The notes under the pieces: model-generated
What the model was told of the DNA's origin: nothing
Seen by the model: the letters and a program-made list of their open reading frames with translations, nothing else
The model's database searches: none
Part shown: positions 1-9,001 of the stretch, piece by piece
How the letters are laid out: every line of letters begins with the position of its first letter
Numbering within the stretch: the stretch's first letter is position 1
Assembly: GCA_013416795.1 (NCBI GenBank)
Contig: RQSC01000011.1
Coordinates: forward strand, 1-49,697
Direction of reading: 5' to 3'
DNA: 49,697 bases
Source of the DNA: Prasinococcaceae sp. CCMP 1430
Taxonomy: Eukaryota > Plantae > Prasinodermophyta
Translations under genes and position numbers: made by a program

Positions 1-155
1 GCTTCCCTCGGCTGCCTTTTCCGCCTCTGAGGCCCTGGCCTCCGCGGCAGCTGCCGCAGCAGCAGCGGCCGGAGGGCCCGCCCGCCGCGGCGGGCGGCGC
101 CCGTCGCGCGGTGCGCTCCGCGCGCTCCGCCATGCCCAAGCGCGCCGCGGCCGCC

Positions 156-917
156 ATGGCCTCGCAGACGCTCTACGACTTCGAGATCGAGGCGCTCGGC
201 AAGGGCACTCGCGAGGCGCCCGTCTCGGGTGGGCCGCTCAACCTCGGTGCCGCCAAGGGCAAGGTGACGCTCATCGAGAACGTCGCCGGCCTATGAGGCA
301 CGACCGTCGCCGACTATCTCCAGATGAACGAGCTAGTCGACAAGTTTGGCAGCGAGGACTTCACCATCTTCGCATTCCCGTGCAACCAGTTCTACCGCCA
401 GTCGCAGGACGATGACTTCGAGACGCTCCACCTGCTCAAGCACGTGCGCCCCGGCGACGGCTACGTGCCCAAGTTCGAGCACTCCACCAAGATCGAGGTC
501 AACGGCGCGGGCGCCCACCCTATCTTCAAGTGGCTGCGCGAGTCCCTGCCGAGCCCGGTCGATGAGGCCGGCAAGCAGATCATGGGCGACCACACGCGCA
601 TCTGCTGGGATCCCGTCGAGCGCACCGACATGTGCGTCGCGCAGCTCGCGCCGCCGACCGCGTTGGTGTGAGCCGCCCGTGCCCGCGCTGGGCTGTCCGC
701 GCCGGCTCCCGCTGACCCCGCGCCTCCCGTCGCGCGCGCCGCGCGCTTCGCTGCCGCTTGCTGTGCTCGCTGCGCACCCAGCGCGTGGAACTTTGAGAAG
801 TTCCTCGTGAACCAGGAGGGTGTGCCCGTGCGCCGCTACTCGCCCAAGTTCGCCACTATCGACATCGCTGCCGACATCGAGGCGCTCATCAAGGGCGGCC
901 CCGACGCGCTCGCCTAA
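156..917 (+). CDS. GPX: Selenocysteine glutathione peroxidase, GPx1/2-like; join(156..631,782..917), ~203 aa, Sec at TGA 294-296
   Basis: ORFs 111..296 and 324..671 are in the same frame across one TGA, reading NVAGL-U-GTTVADY. Also [18 protein letters not shown] and, after a GT-AG intron 632..781 (GCTGAC branch-like motif), WNFEKFL. ATG 156 is in a gccgccATGg context; in-frame ATG 132 is an alternative start. Confidence 0.95.
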
Positions 918-1118
918 GCGCGCCCGAAGGCGCGCCCATCCACTCCTGCCCTCAACTCCAAACCACGCGCGACCCAGCTGCCGTTGCTCATGCGCCGGGG
1001 CTCGCCCGGAATGGGCGCAATACACAACGCTCAAGTCGTCTTGAAGTCCTCTGCGCGGGACACATCCACACACAACTGCCCACCTCCACGCACGTGAGTC
1101 GACCCCCCACGCCACGCG

Positions 1119-1178
1119 GCCATATGACGGCACCGCCACAAATCCTTACAGGACGGCGGGCGCCTGACAAGTTATGGT
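1119..1178 (+). promoter_or_regulatory. SECIS element (type II) in the GPx 3' UTR
   Basis: ATGA 1124-1127 and TGAC 1165-1168 form the core. Helix II is GGCACCGCC/GGCGGGCGCC, the unpaired AAA is at 1140-1142, the apical mini-helix is TCCT-TAC-AGGA and helix I is GCCAT/ATGGT. It lies ~200 nt after the stop codon. Confidence 0.9.
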
Positions 1179-1291
1179 GACAGGCCGAGCGGCATGGGGG
1201 GAGCGGCGCAGGCGGGGTGACAGCAGCTTCGGGTCTGCGGACGGTACGATGGAGGGATGAGGAATGGCGCGACACTCACGACCCTAGCCCC

Positions 1292-1296
1292 TGTAA
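1292..1296 (+). terminator. Candidate TGTAA polyadenylation signal for GPx
   Basis: Lies downstream of the SECIS. The same pentamer follows other genes at 7061, 11644, 20764, 35544 (+) and 44632 (-). Confidence 0.5.
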
Positions 1297-1573
1297 GTAA
1301 GATTGCGGCGGCTCCTCGGACTTTCGCTCTCGCACGCGCGCGGCCGTGCCACGCCTCGTGATCGCGCGCTCCGAGCGGGACGTGCGCGCAGGGGGCGGAG
1401 AGGTGGTCGCCGCGCGGGGGCAGCGCCGCCGGCTCCGCATCCGTCGGCGGCCGCGCGAGACCGTGCGGCATGCCCGCACGTGAGAGTAAATCGTACGTCA
1501 AAACGAATTCATTGCGTCGGATTCGACGCAGGAGGCGATTCAATCGGCGTCTCCGATCGCATCGGGCACCCGC

Positions 1574-3350
1574 GCGTGTACTCAGGAGTGGTGGAGGGTG
1601 AGGAGCTGAGGGCTCGTGTGCTGGCACACTGGCGGGCCTGTGCGCGGCGAGAAGCGGCGTTTGGCAAGGGTGCTGCCTGCCACCCCGCGCCTGACCCATG
1701 GCGCAGGTCGCCGGCCTGGGACGGCGCGCGCATAGGGTCCGAGCGCGCGCAGCGCTGTCCGCCGGTGGTGGCGACCATGCTGGCCGGCCGCGCGTCCCTA
1801 GGCGGACAAGCCCCGCACGCCCAGCAGCGGATCAAACAGAAGCGGGTGACCGGCAGCACTACTTGGCCCAGCGCGCCGAGCTTGACGAGGCCGTCCACTC
1901 GGTGCGGGAGCGGCTCGAGGCTGGCAGGGGCATCAGATCGGCGCTCTTGTCCAACGGCGGCGACGGCGGAGCTGGCCAGCCGCGCATCCCCCCCCGGGCC
2001 AGCCCCGCACGCCCTGCAGTGAGACCGGCAGCGAGACCAACAGGGGGATCAGCAGTGAAACCATCGGCAGCAGGTGATCGGCAGCACTACTTAGCACGAC
2101 GCGCACAGCTCGAGGAGGCCGCCGATGCAGTGCGGGAGCGGCTCGAGACCAACGAGGGCTTGAGAACGGCGCTCACCGATGCGGACAAAAGGCGCATGGT
2201 GCGCGAGCAGGCGCGGTGGCACTGGACCGGCGCCGCGCCACCGAATGGCACCTCCACCACGAAGGTGATGGCGGCGAAGGAAGCGAATACCCCCCCGAAG
2301 ACTGGGCCAGCTATTCGGGTGCTCCAGATACTCGCGGCCGTTTTGGTGCCCGTCGCGGTGGTCCTGTTCGTGGTCGTCCCGGTGCTGCGGTGGCTGGCTG
2401 TGGTCGCGCTCGGGCTCGGCGACGCCTTCGTCGCCGCGCTGACCGCGTTCGGGCGGTGAGCGCGCTGTTGCGATTGCATCGCGCCGCTTGCCCCGCCGCT
2501 GCAGCAGCCTGCCGCAGCCGTGCGCGGCCCCGGCGGCCGGCGCCGGCGTCGCGCCGGCCGCTGAGTCCTAGTCCTAGTCCAGAACGAGCGCGAAAATGAC
2601 ACGACGAAATAAAAACGCAAACCACGGGAGAGTCATAGTGGCGTCGACAGGCGAGACACCGCCATCAAATCTGCTGCCGGTGGGTAGGAGATATTTCACG
2701 GTAGTTCCACTTTCCCGCCCGCGCGCGCGGCGCGCGCGCTGCGTGTGCTCGGGAGAGGACGCTGGAGAGGTGGCTCGCGTGCTGGCACAACCCCGGGTCG
2801 GCGCGCGGCGGGACGCGGCGTGCAGTGAAGGCGCCATCTGCGCGCCGCGCCGCCGCGCGCGCAACGCAGGGGCGCGGACGCCGCGCCGAGGTGCGCCAGC
2901 GCGGCGCTGATGTGGGCAGAGGCGCCTTTTCGCACGGCGTGTTCGAATCCCTGCCCAGGCCCGCTGACGCGCATGACCGCCGCCGCCCTCGCGCGGGATG
3001 CGCGCTCACCGCGCTCTCAGCGTCTTCCGCAGGAGTGCAAGCCATGGCGCAGCTCGCGGCGCTGGGACGGCGGGAACATAGGTTTCACACGCGAGCGGCG
3101 CTGTTCGCTGGTGGTGGCGGCGATGCCGGTCGGCTGCGATTTCCGTGGCGGGCCAGCCCCACCCGCCCAGCAAGTGACGGAAAGCACTACTTGGCCAGAC
3201 GCGCCGAGTTCGAGGCCGCAATCCGCTCGGTGCGGGAGCGGCTCGAGGCTGGAAAGGGTGTGAGAGCAGCGCTCACCGATGCGGACAAGAGGCGCGTGCT
3301 GCGCGAGCAGGCACTGTGGCACTGGACAGGCAAGCCGCCCACGGATGCGT
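1574..3350 (+). repeat. Diverged tandem duplication covering both orphan paralogs and their upstream sequence
   Basis: ggctcgtgtgctggcaca (1611-1628) vs ggctcgcgtgctggcaca (2772-2789); gcgtgtactcaggag (1574-1588) vs gcgtgtgctcgggag (2741-2755); coding similarity 1698-2230 vs 3044-3330. Confidence 0.8.
1698..2459 (+). CDS. Orphan protein (253 aa), paralog A, with two internal repeats and a hydrophobic C-terminus
   Basis: ATG-initiated ORF. The HYLA(Q/R)RA..VRERLE unit occurs twice (~1857, ~2085). Clear amino-acid similarity to 3044..3787. Confidence 0.7.
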   Translation: MAQVAGLGRRAHRVRARAALSAGGGDHAGRPRVPRRTSPARPAADQTEAGDRQHYLAQRAELDEAVHSVRERLEAGRGIRSALLSNGGDGGAGQPRIPPRASPARPAVRPAARPTGGSAVKPSAAGDRQHYLARRAQLEEAADAVRERLETNEGLRTALTDADKRRMVREQARWHWTGAAPPNGTSTTKVMAAKEANTPPKTGPAIRVLQILAAVLVPVAVVLFVVVPVLRWLAVVALGLGDAFVAALTAFGR

Positions 3351-3787
3351 CCACGCAGATGGACACGAAGAACGGCCACGCCGGCGAGGGCCCGTCGTCA
3401 CGGCTGTTCCGACTCGTCGCCCGAGCGCTGCTCCAGCTGCTCGCTCCCATTGCCTCTTTGGTCGGAGTGTGCGTTGCTGCATTCGCAGGGCGCGCCGGGC
3501 GGCAAGAGGCTTCGCCGCAAACATCGACCAGGCCAGCTGCGGCAACCACCATGGGTGCCGCGCGGGCGCCCGGCCGTGCGGTGGCCAGGGTTGCCTCTGT
3601 GGACGCTGGCCCTGCCGCTGCGGTCGAAGCGGTCGAAGCGGTCGAGGAGGTAAAGCCGCTGTGCCCAGCAATCGCATACTACTGGAAGACGGCTGCGGCG
3701 GCCGAGTGGGAGCTGCGTACAGGCGAATACACAGCTCGGTGGATCGAGCACGCGCGCGCTGCCACAGCGATGGCACGCGACGCGTGA
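3044..3787 (+). CDS. Orphan protein (~247 aa), paralog B
   Basis: The in-frame ATG 3044 (MAQLAALGRR) aligns with the paralog A start (MAQVAGLGRR). Shares HYLARRA..VRERLE..ALTDADKRR..REQA.WHWTG, followed by a hydrophobic segment. Confidence 0.7.
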   Translation: MAQLAALGRREHRFHTRAALFAGGGGDAGRLRFPWRASPTRPASDGKHYLARRAEFEAAIRSVRERLEAGKGVRAALTDADKRRVLREQALWHWTGKPPTDASTQMDTKNGHAGEGPSSRLFRLVARALLQLLAPIASLVGVCVAAFAGRAGRQEASPQTSTRPAAATTMGAARAPGRAVARVASVDAGPAAAVEAVEAVEEVKPLCPAIAYYWKTAAAAEWELRTGEYTARWIEHARAATAMARDA

Positions 3788-3969
3788 ACGCCGGCGGTCG
3801 GGGAAGCAGCAAATCATTGAGCATGGGCGCAGCCTTCTCGCGGCGAGTAGTAAATTCGATCGCAGAAAAAGTATTAAGGCGCAGGGCGGCGCGCGTGTGC
3901 GTCACCTGGGCGTCGGTGGGAGGCGAAATACGCACGTCCCTTCCGCGCGCGTCCCTTCTGCCGTGGCAC

Positions 3970-4956
3970 TTAAATGTGGTCTTCATCGATGACGCACCAC
4001 GCGCCCTCGAGCTGGTGGTTCATGCGCTCCTCCTTCGTCTGCAAGTAGCGCTTGAGCGGACCCGCGTCAGCGGGCGTGACGACCACTGGCACGCGCCCGG
4101 TGATCTCAACCCCCAGCGAACTCATGCGCTCGATCTTGCGCGGGTTGTTGGTGAGAAGCTTGATGCTTTTCACGTCCATGTCCTCCAACATATTCCGAAC
4201 AGCGCTGTACTCCCGAGAGTCGTCCGGCAGCCCAAGCACGCGGTTGGCGTCCACCGTGTCGAACCCCTGCTCCTGCATGGCGTACGCCGCGATTTTGTTG
4301 GCGAGGCCGATGCCGCGCCCCTCTTGCTGCAGGTACAGTACTATGCCCGGTCCGTTCTCGCGGATGTACTCGAGCGCGAGGTGCAGCTGCTGCGCACAGT
4401 CGCACTTGAGGCTACCCAGCGCCTCGCCGGTGAAGCACGCGTCGTGCACGCGAACAGGCACATCGGATTTGCCCTCGACGTCGCCGAAGACGATGGCCAG
4501 CGGCTCCGTCATGCCGCCGTTGACTGCGTGGCGGTACGCACGCACCCGATATTCGCCGCCCGAGGTCGGCAGCAGCGTCTCCGCGACAAAGTTCGTCTGG
4601 CCGGGCCCCGAGTCAGTCGTCGCTGCTGGCGGGGCCCACGCCGACACCGGCGCGTCCAGGCCATTCTCACGCTGCTGCCCGAACGAGCGCACCGCCGCCG
4701 CAACCTCGTCTTCACCCTCGCTGATGCTCACAGCCCCGTACGGGGTCATCCCACGTGCCCGCTGCTGCTTCTGCTTCTGCTTCCTGCTGCTCCCTTCGCC
4801 AGAGCCGCTCGCCGCCCCTTCGCTGCCGCTCCTGTTGCTGCCGCCGGCGGAGGCGCAGCGCGCGGGCGCGCGCCTCCGCCGCAGCGGCGCGCCATCGCCG
4901 CCTCTCGCGGTGCGGGCGCAGCCGTGTGTGCGCGCCAGCGCCGACACGCACGCCAT
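3970..4956 (-). CDS. ribA: GTP cyclohydrolase II (riboflavin synthesis), monofunctional, with transit-peptide-like N-terminus
   Basis: VRVHDACFTGEALGSLKCDC (three Zn cysteines), QEGRGIGLANK, LTNNPRK and YLQTKEERMNH. Start placed at ATG 4956 within ORF 3970..5868; the start is uncertain. Confidence 0.92.
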   Translation of the reverse strand: MACVSALARTHGCARTARGGDGAPLRRRRAPARCASAGGSNRSGSEGAASGSGEGSSRKQKQKQQRARGMTPYGAVSISEGEDEVAAAVRSFGQQRENGLDAPVSAWAPPAATTDSGPGQTNFVAETLLPTSGGEYRVRAYRHAVNGGMTEPLAIVFGDVEGKSDVPVRVHDACFTGEALGSLKCDCAQQLHLALEYIRENGPGIVLYLQQEGRGIGLANKIAAYAMQEQGFDTVDANRVLGLPDDSREYSAVRNMLEDMDVKSIKLLTNNPRKIERMSSLGVEITGRVPVVVTPADAGPLKRYLQTKEERMNHQLEGAWCVIDEDHI

Positions 4957-6282
4957 TCCACCCTCCTGCCCACTCCGGACACCTGACGCTGCCCCTCGCC
5001 ACGCCCCCGCTCGCCCTCGCTGCAGGGCGACGCAGCTGGCGGCTGGCCTGCACCGGCGGTACGCGCAGCACGCCCCCGTGCGACGCCGAATAAAGATGAA
5101 ACCCTTGGGCCCCCACCCAGGCCGCCGCCGCGCCGCTCTGCGCGACGCCCCCCGCGCGGGCACGCCCGCTCGCGCTCCTCCCAGCCGCTCGCCCTCCCCC
5201 GGCCCCCTTCTCCCCTCTCCGCTCCCCTCCTCCGCTCCCCGACCCGCCGACCAGCCCCTCGCCCCTCCCGGCGGCTGCGCGGCGTGTGCCGACCGCGCAG
5301 CACCGCCTGACGGCCTGGACGCCGCGCCGCCCCCCGCGTGCGTTTTGATGAGCGCGCGGCTTGGCGCACGCGCACGCGCTGCGGAATTCGGCGCCGGCGA
5401 TCCCGCACCTCGCATGCGAAGAACCCTCCCTTTTTCGCGGCCCGCGCGCCGCTTCTTCCGGCGTTTCGCGGCGCGCGTGGCGCGCCGTCGCGCCGCCTCG
5501 CCGCGCCGCCGGCCATCAAACGCCACCGCGCGATCTGCTCCGGCGCTTCTGGCGACGCCCAATCCGAGGTGCGCTCCCGCGCCGCAATCTGCGGCACCGG
5601 CCGGAACAACCCACGAAGAAGTTCGCATCGGTTCGGTAGGGGGCCGCAGAGACCGGGGCAACACGACCGCAACCGCCCCGACTGACCCTGACAGAGGGCT
5701 GCCTTTCTTTCCCTTTCCGTCGAGTGTTCGTGGCGATTTGATTTCGTCACCGGCAATCCCGCGCGCGGAGCGTGGAGAAACCTCTTCCTTTTCACGGCAC
5801 CCCGCCTGCCACGGCGCGCGTGGCGTTTCACCGCGGGAAAAGCCTCCAACAAGAAAAAAAATCACCATCCGATTCGATTCAGAGCAGCCTCGCTTTTTTT
5901 TTCTTTTTTGCGTTTTTTGTGCCTGCGTGCTTGTGTTGAACCTTCTGGGTGGTCTGGTCGTCGGCGTCGCCCGCCGTCGACCTCAACTTGCGTAAGAGAA
6001 ATTTCAGTTCTTTTTCGCAGCCATGAGTACGTAAACTCGCCATGAGTGTGCATGCATGAGGCCAGCACCAAATTACTTTTCGTCCACTGCAACCCCTTTT
6101 TCTTGCGCGTTCGGCCGCGGCCGGCGGCCGGGCGGCGGCTGCGCGGCCCGCTAGCCGCCCGCGCTGGGAGGGGGGCGGTGGAAGGGGGCCGCGAGAGGGA
6201 GTGCGCCGGCGCCCCGTGGCGGCGCGGCCGCGCGGCGTGAGGGGGAGACGAGGCAGCGCGGGCCGGAGCTCCGCCGCTCGCC

Positions 6283-7065
6283 ATGCCGCAGGGCGATTAC
6301 ATCGAGCTGTGGCAGAAGCGCCATGGCAAGCAGCTCAACCATGACGAGAAGATGCGCAAGAAGGAGGCGCGCGCGCCGAAGAAGGCGTCCAAGATGGCGA
6401 AGAAGCTGCTCGGCCTGAAGGCGAAGATGTACGCCAAGGAGCGCTTTAAGGAGAAGGTCGCCATGAAGAAGACGCTCGCCGCGCATGAGGAGCGCACCAA
6501 CAAGCAGAAGGCCGATGAGGAGGCGCAGCCGGGCGCCGTGCCCGCGTACCTGCTCGACCGCGAGGCGACGGCGCGCGCCAAGGTGCTCTCCAACACCATC
6601 AAGCAGAAGCGCAAGGAGAAGGCGGGCAAATGGGAGGTGCCGCTGCCCAAGGTGCGGCCCGTGGCCGAGGACGAGATGTTCCGCGTGCTCACCTCAGGCA
6701 AGCGCAAGAAGAAGCAGTGGAAGCGCATGATCACCAAGGCGACCTTCGTCGGCCCGGGCTTCACGCGCAAGCCGCCCAAGTACGAGCGCTTCATCCGCCC
6801 GAGCGGCCTTCGCTTCAAGAAGGCGCACGTGACGCACCCGGAGCTCAAGGCCACCTTCCAGCTGGAGATCCTCGGGGTCAAGAAGAACCCCAACGGCGCC
6901 ATGTACACGTCGCTCGGCGTCATCACCAAGGGTACCATCATTGAGGTCAACGTGTCCGAGCTGGGCCTCGTCACGCCCGGCGGCAAGGTCGTGTGGGGCA
7001 AGTACTGCCAGGTGACAAATAACCCGGAGAACGACGGCTGCATTAACGCGGTGCTCCTCGTGTAA
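6283..7065 (+). CDS. NSA2: Ribosome biogenesis protein NSA2 (260 aa)
   Basis: MPQGDYIE start, [26 protein letters not shown] and the [17 protein letters not shown]-terminus. Confidence 0.97.
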   Translation: MPQGDYIELWQKRHGKQLNHDEKMRKKEARAPKKASKMAKKLLGLKAKMYAKERFKEKVAMKKTLAAHEERTNKQKADEEAQPGAVPAYLLDREATARAKVLSNTIKQKRKEKAGKWEVPLPKVRPVAEDEMFRVLTSGKRKKKQWKRMITKATFVGPGFTRKPPKYERFIRPSGLRFKKAHVTHPELKATFQLEILGVKKNPNGAMYTSLGVITKGTIIEVNVSELGLVTPGGKVVWGKYCQVTNNPENDGCINAVLLV

Positions 7066-7231
7066 AAAAATACGATGTACTTTATCGCCACTTGTGTGCC
7101 GCCCACCGAGCGGGCGGCGGGGCGTGCCCTGCCGCTCCATGCGCGCGCGCGCACATCGACGGTCCATATTACACCCTACACGCAAATCGCCGTGCAGGCC
7201 CACAGGCCAACCGCTCGTGGCCCCACGCACG

Positions 7232-8320
7232 TCAGGCAGCAGCGAGCGCCAGCCGCGCGGCAGTGGCGGCCACGTCCTTCGCGACCCCCTCCTTGCCCTG
7301 CGCCACCCGGCGGCAGAGCACGCAGGCGGCCAGCGCGGGCTCGCCCGAGGCCTCCTGCCCACCGTCGGCGAAGAGAGCGCCTGCATCGTTGACGACGCCA
7401 CAGAGGGTGCCCGTCTTGTGCCTGACGCTCGCGCCATCGGGCAGGTCCGCGCCGAGCCTGACACCGCCGCATGGGAGCAGGCTCAGCAGGTGGCGCCGCC
7501 ACTGCGGCGAGACTCCCCCCCTGCCTCCCAGAGCATCAGCGAGCTCGCTTGCGACTGAGTGGGCACTGCCGAGGTTGTCAACGGCGGCCGCCACCTCGGC
7601 GGCCGCCGCGTGCGCCTCTCTGCCGTGCCCGCGCGTTTCTTCTGCCAGGAGCTCGCGCTCGGACGCTCTCTCGAGCTCGTCGAAGTTCGCAAACGGCATG
7701 CGCTCCGCCTCAGCGGCGGCCGCCGCGGCGCAGGCGTCCTGCTCGGCGGGGCTCATGGCGAGCCATCGCCTCGCGAGCGCGCGCGGCCGAAGCCCGCGTA
7801 GCTCATCCGCTTGGCCGAGCGAGAGGAGGAATGCCTCTCGTTGCGTCAGCGCGGCGAGGCGCTCGTCGCTGGCGCCGCCAGTACGCATACCCTCGCGCAC
7901 CCCACCGAGCCCCGCGCGGAGCAGCGCGTCTGCGGCGGTGTTGTCGGACTGCCTCGCGCTGGCACGCAAGAGCTCCGACAGGCTCACGTGAGCGCCCTGA
8001 TCCCCCTTCGCGTGCATCGAGCCGCTGCCGATGCACGCGTCGTCGGGGCGCAGGCGAACGCGTTGTCGCAGCGAGAGTTCTCCGCGGGAGAGCCGCCGGG
8101 CGGCCTCGATGAGGAGCTGGAGCTTGGCGACGGAGGCGAGCGGAAAGGGCTCGGACGCATTCACGTCCAGCACTCTCCGGCCGTCACAGACGCGCACGGC
8201 CGCCACCGCACACTCCGCCTCGCCGGCGTGCCGCAGCAGCACCGCACGCGCGCGCAGACTCGCCGACGCGCCACGCCGGCCGCGAGCGTCACCCTGCACG
8301 GCCGCGGCCGCCCATCTCAC
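7232..8320 (-). CDS. Class A beta-lactamase-like serine hydrolase (5' end unresolved)
   Basis: SxxK as FPLASVAK (8123-8134), SDN (7950-7958) and KTG (7409-7417), in class A order. There is no in-frame ATG before SxxK; the ORF opens with GTG 8320. Confidence 0.85.
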   Translation of the reverse strand: MRWAAAAVQGDARGRRGASASLRARAVLLRHAGEAECAVAAVRVCDGRRVLDVNASEPFPLASVAKLQLLIEAARRLSRGELSLRQRVRLRPDDACIGSGSMHAKGDQGAHVSLSELLRASARQSDNTAADALLRAGLGGVREGMRTGGASDERLAALTQREAFLLSLGQADELRGLRPRALARRWLAMSPAEQDACAAAAAAEAERMPFANFDELERASERELLAEETRGHGREAHAAAAEVAAAVDNLGSAHSVASELADALGGRGGVSPQWRRHLLSLLPCGGVRLGADLPDGASVRHKTGTLCGVVNDAGALFADGGQEASGEPALAACVLCRRVAQGKEGVAKDVAATAARLALAAA

Positions 8321-9001
8321 CGCGTCCCGCGGTGCGCCCGCCGCGACCGAACCGCGCCGCGCGCGCGCGCGCCACCGCGCGCTCGCGTGCGCACATCGCA
8401 GTGCGCGCCGCAGCGCGTATCAACCCGTCCAACCACCCCCACACACACACCAGCCTCCAGGCGCCGGCCGGCACCCACGCGTGCGCCGTGGCGCGCGCCC
8501 TGTGGCGCGGCCCCCGCACCACTGCATCGACAGTTACGAAAGCCGTGCGTTGCAACGGGCCTCTCCATTTTATAACCCTATTTGTCATTAACCTTATATT
8601 CCAACCGAAACCTCCAAACGCCGGCTCCCGGTTCGTGCGCGTTCGGACGTCCCGGCGGCGCGGCGCACCATTGCCGCACAACCAGTCGGTTGCGCCGAAT
8701 CCGCGGCGGGGCGCAAATTTCGGCGGCGCATGTTCGGCCGGCGGCTGCGGCGGCTGCGCGCGCGCACGCGGGTGGCGGGCGCGGACAGCAGGGCGTGGGC
8801 GCCAGTGGGCGTGCGCGCCAAGGGTGGGCGCCGCCGGTAGGGGTGCCGGGCGTCAGCCTCGACGCCAGCGGCGTTTCCTGCGGTGCCCGAGCGCAGCGCC
8901 GGGGCGCACGGCACAGCCAACGGCGTGCAGCGCGGCCGCGGCTGGGCCGCGCTGCCGCAGGGGGGCGCTGAGGAGGTAGGGAGCGGCCGAGGGGCGCGGC
9001 G

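Noticed and set aside
294-296. GPx as a pseudogene with a premature stop
   Set aside because: The TGA is at the catalytic Sec position and a SECIS is present.
1513-1530. Hairpin TGCGTCG-GATT-CGACGCA
   Set aside because: The 7-bp stem is plausible by chance, with no supporting context.
3316-5995. Long plus-strand ORFs 3316..4986 and 4052..5995
   Set aside because: Antisense shadows of ribA in GC-rich DNA; Arg/Ala/Pro-rich with no motifs.
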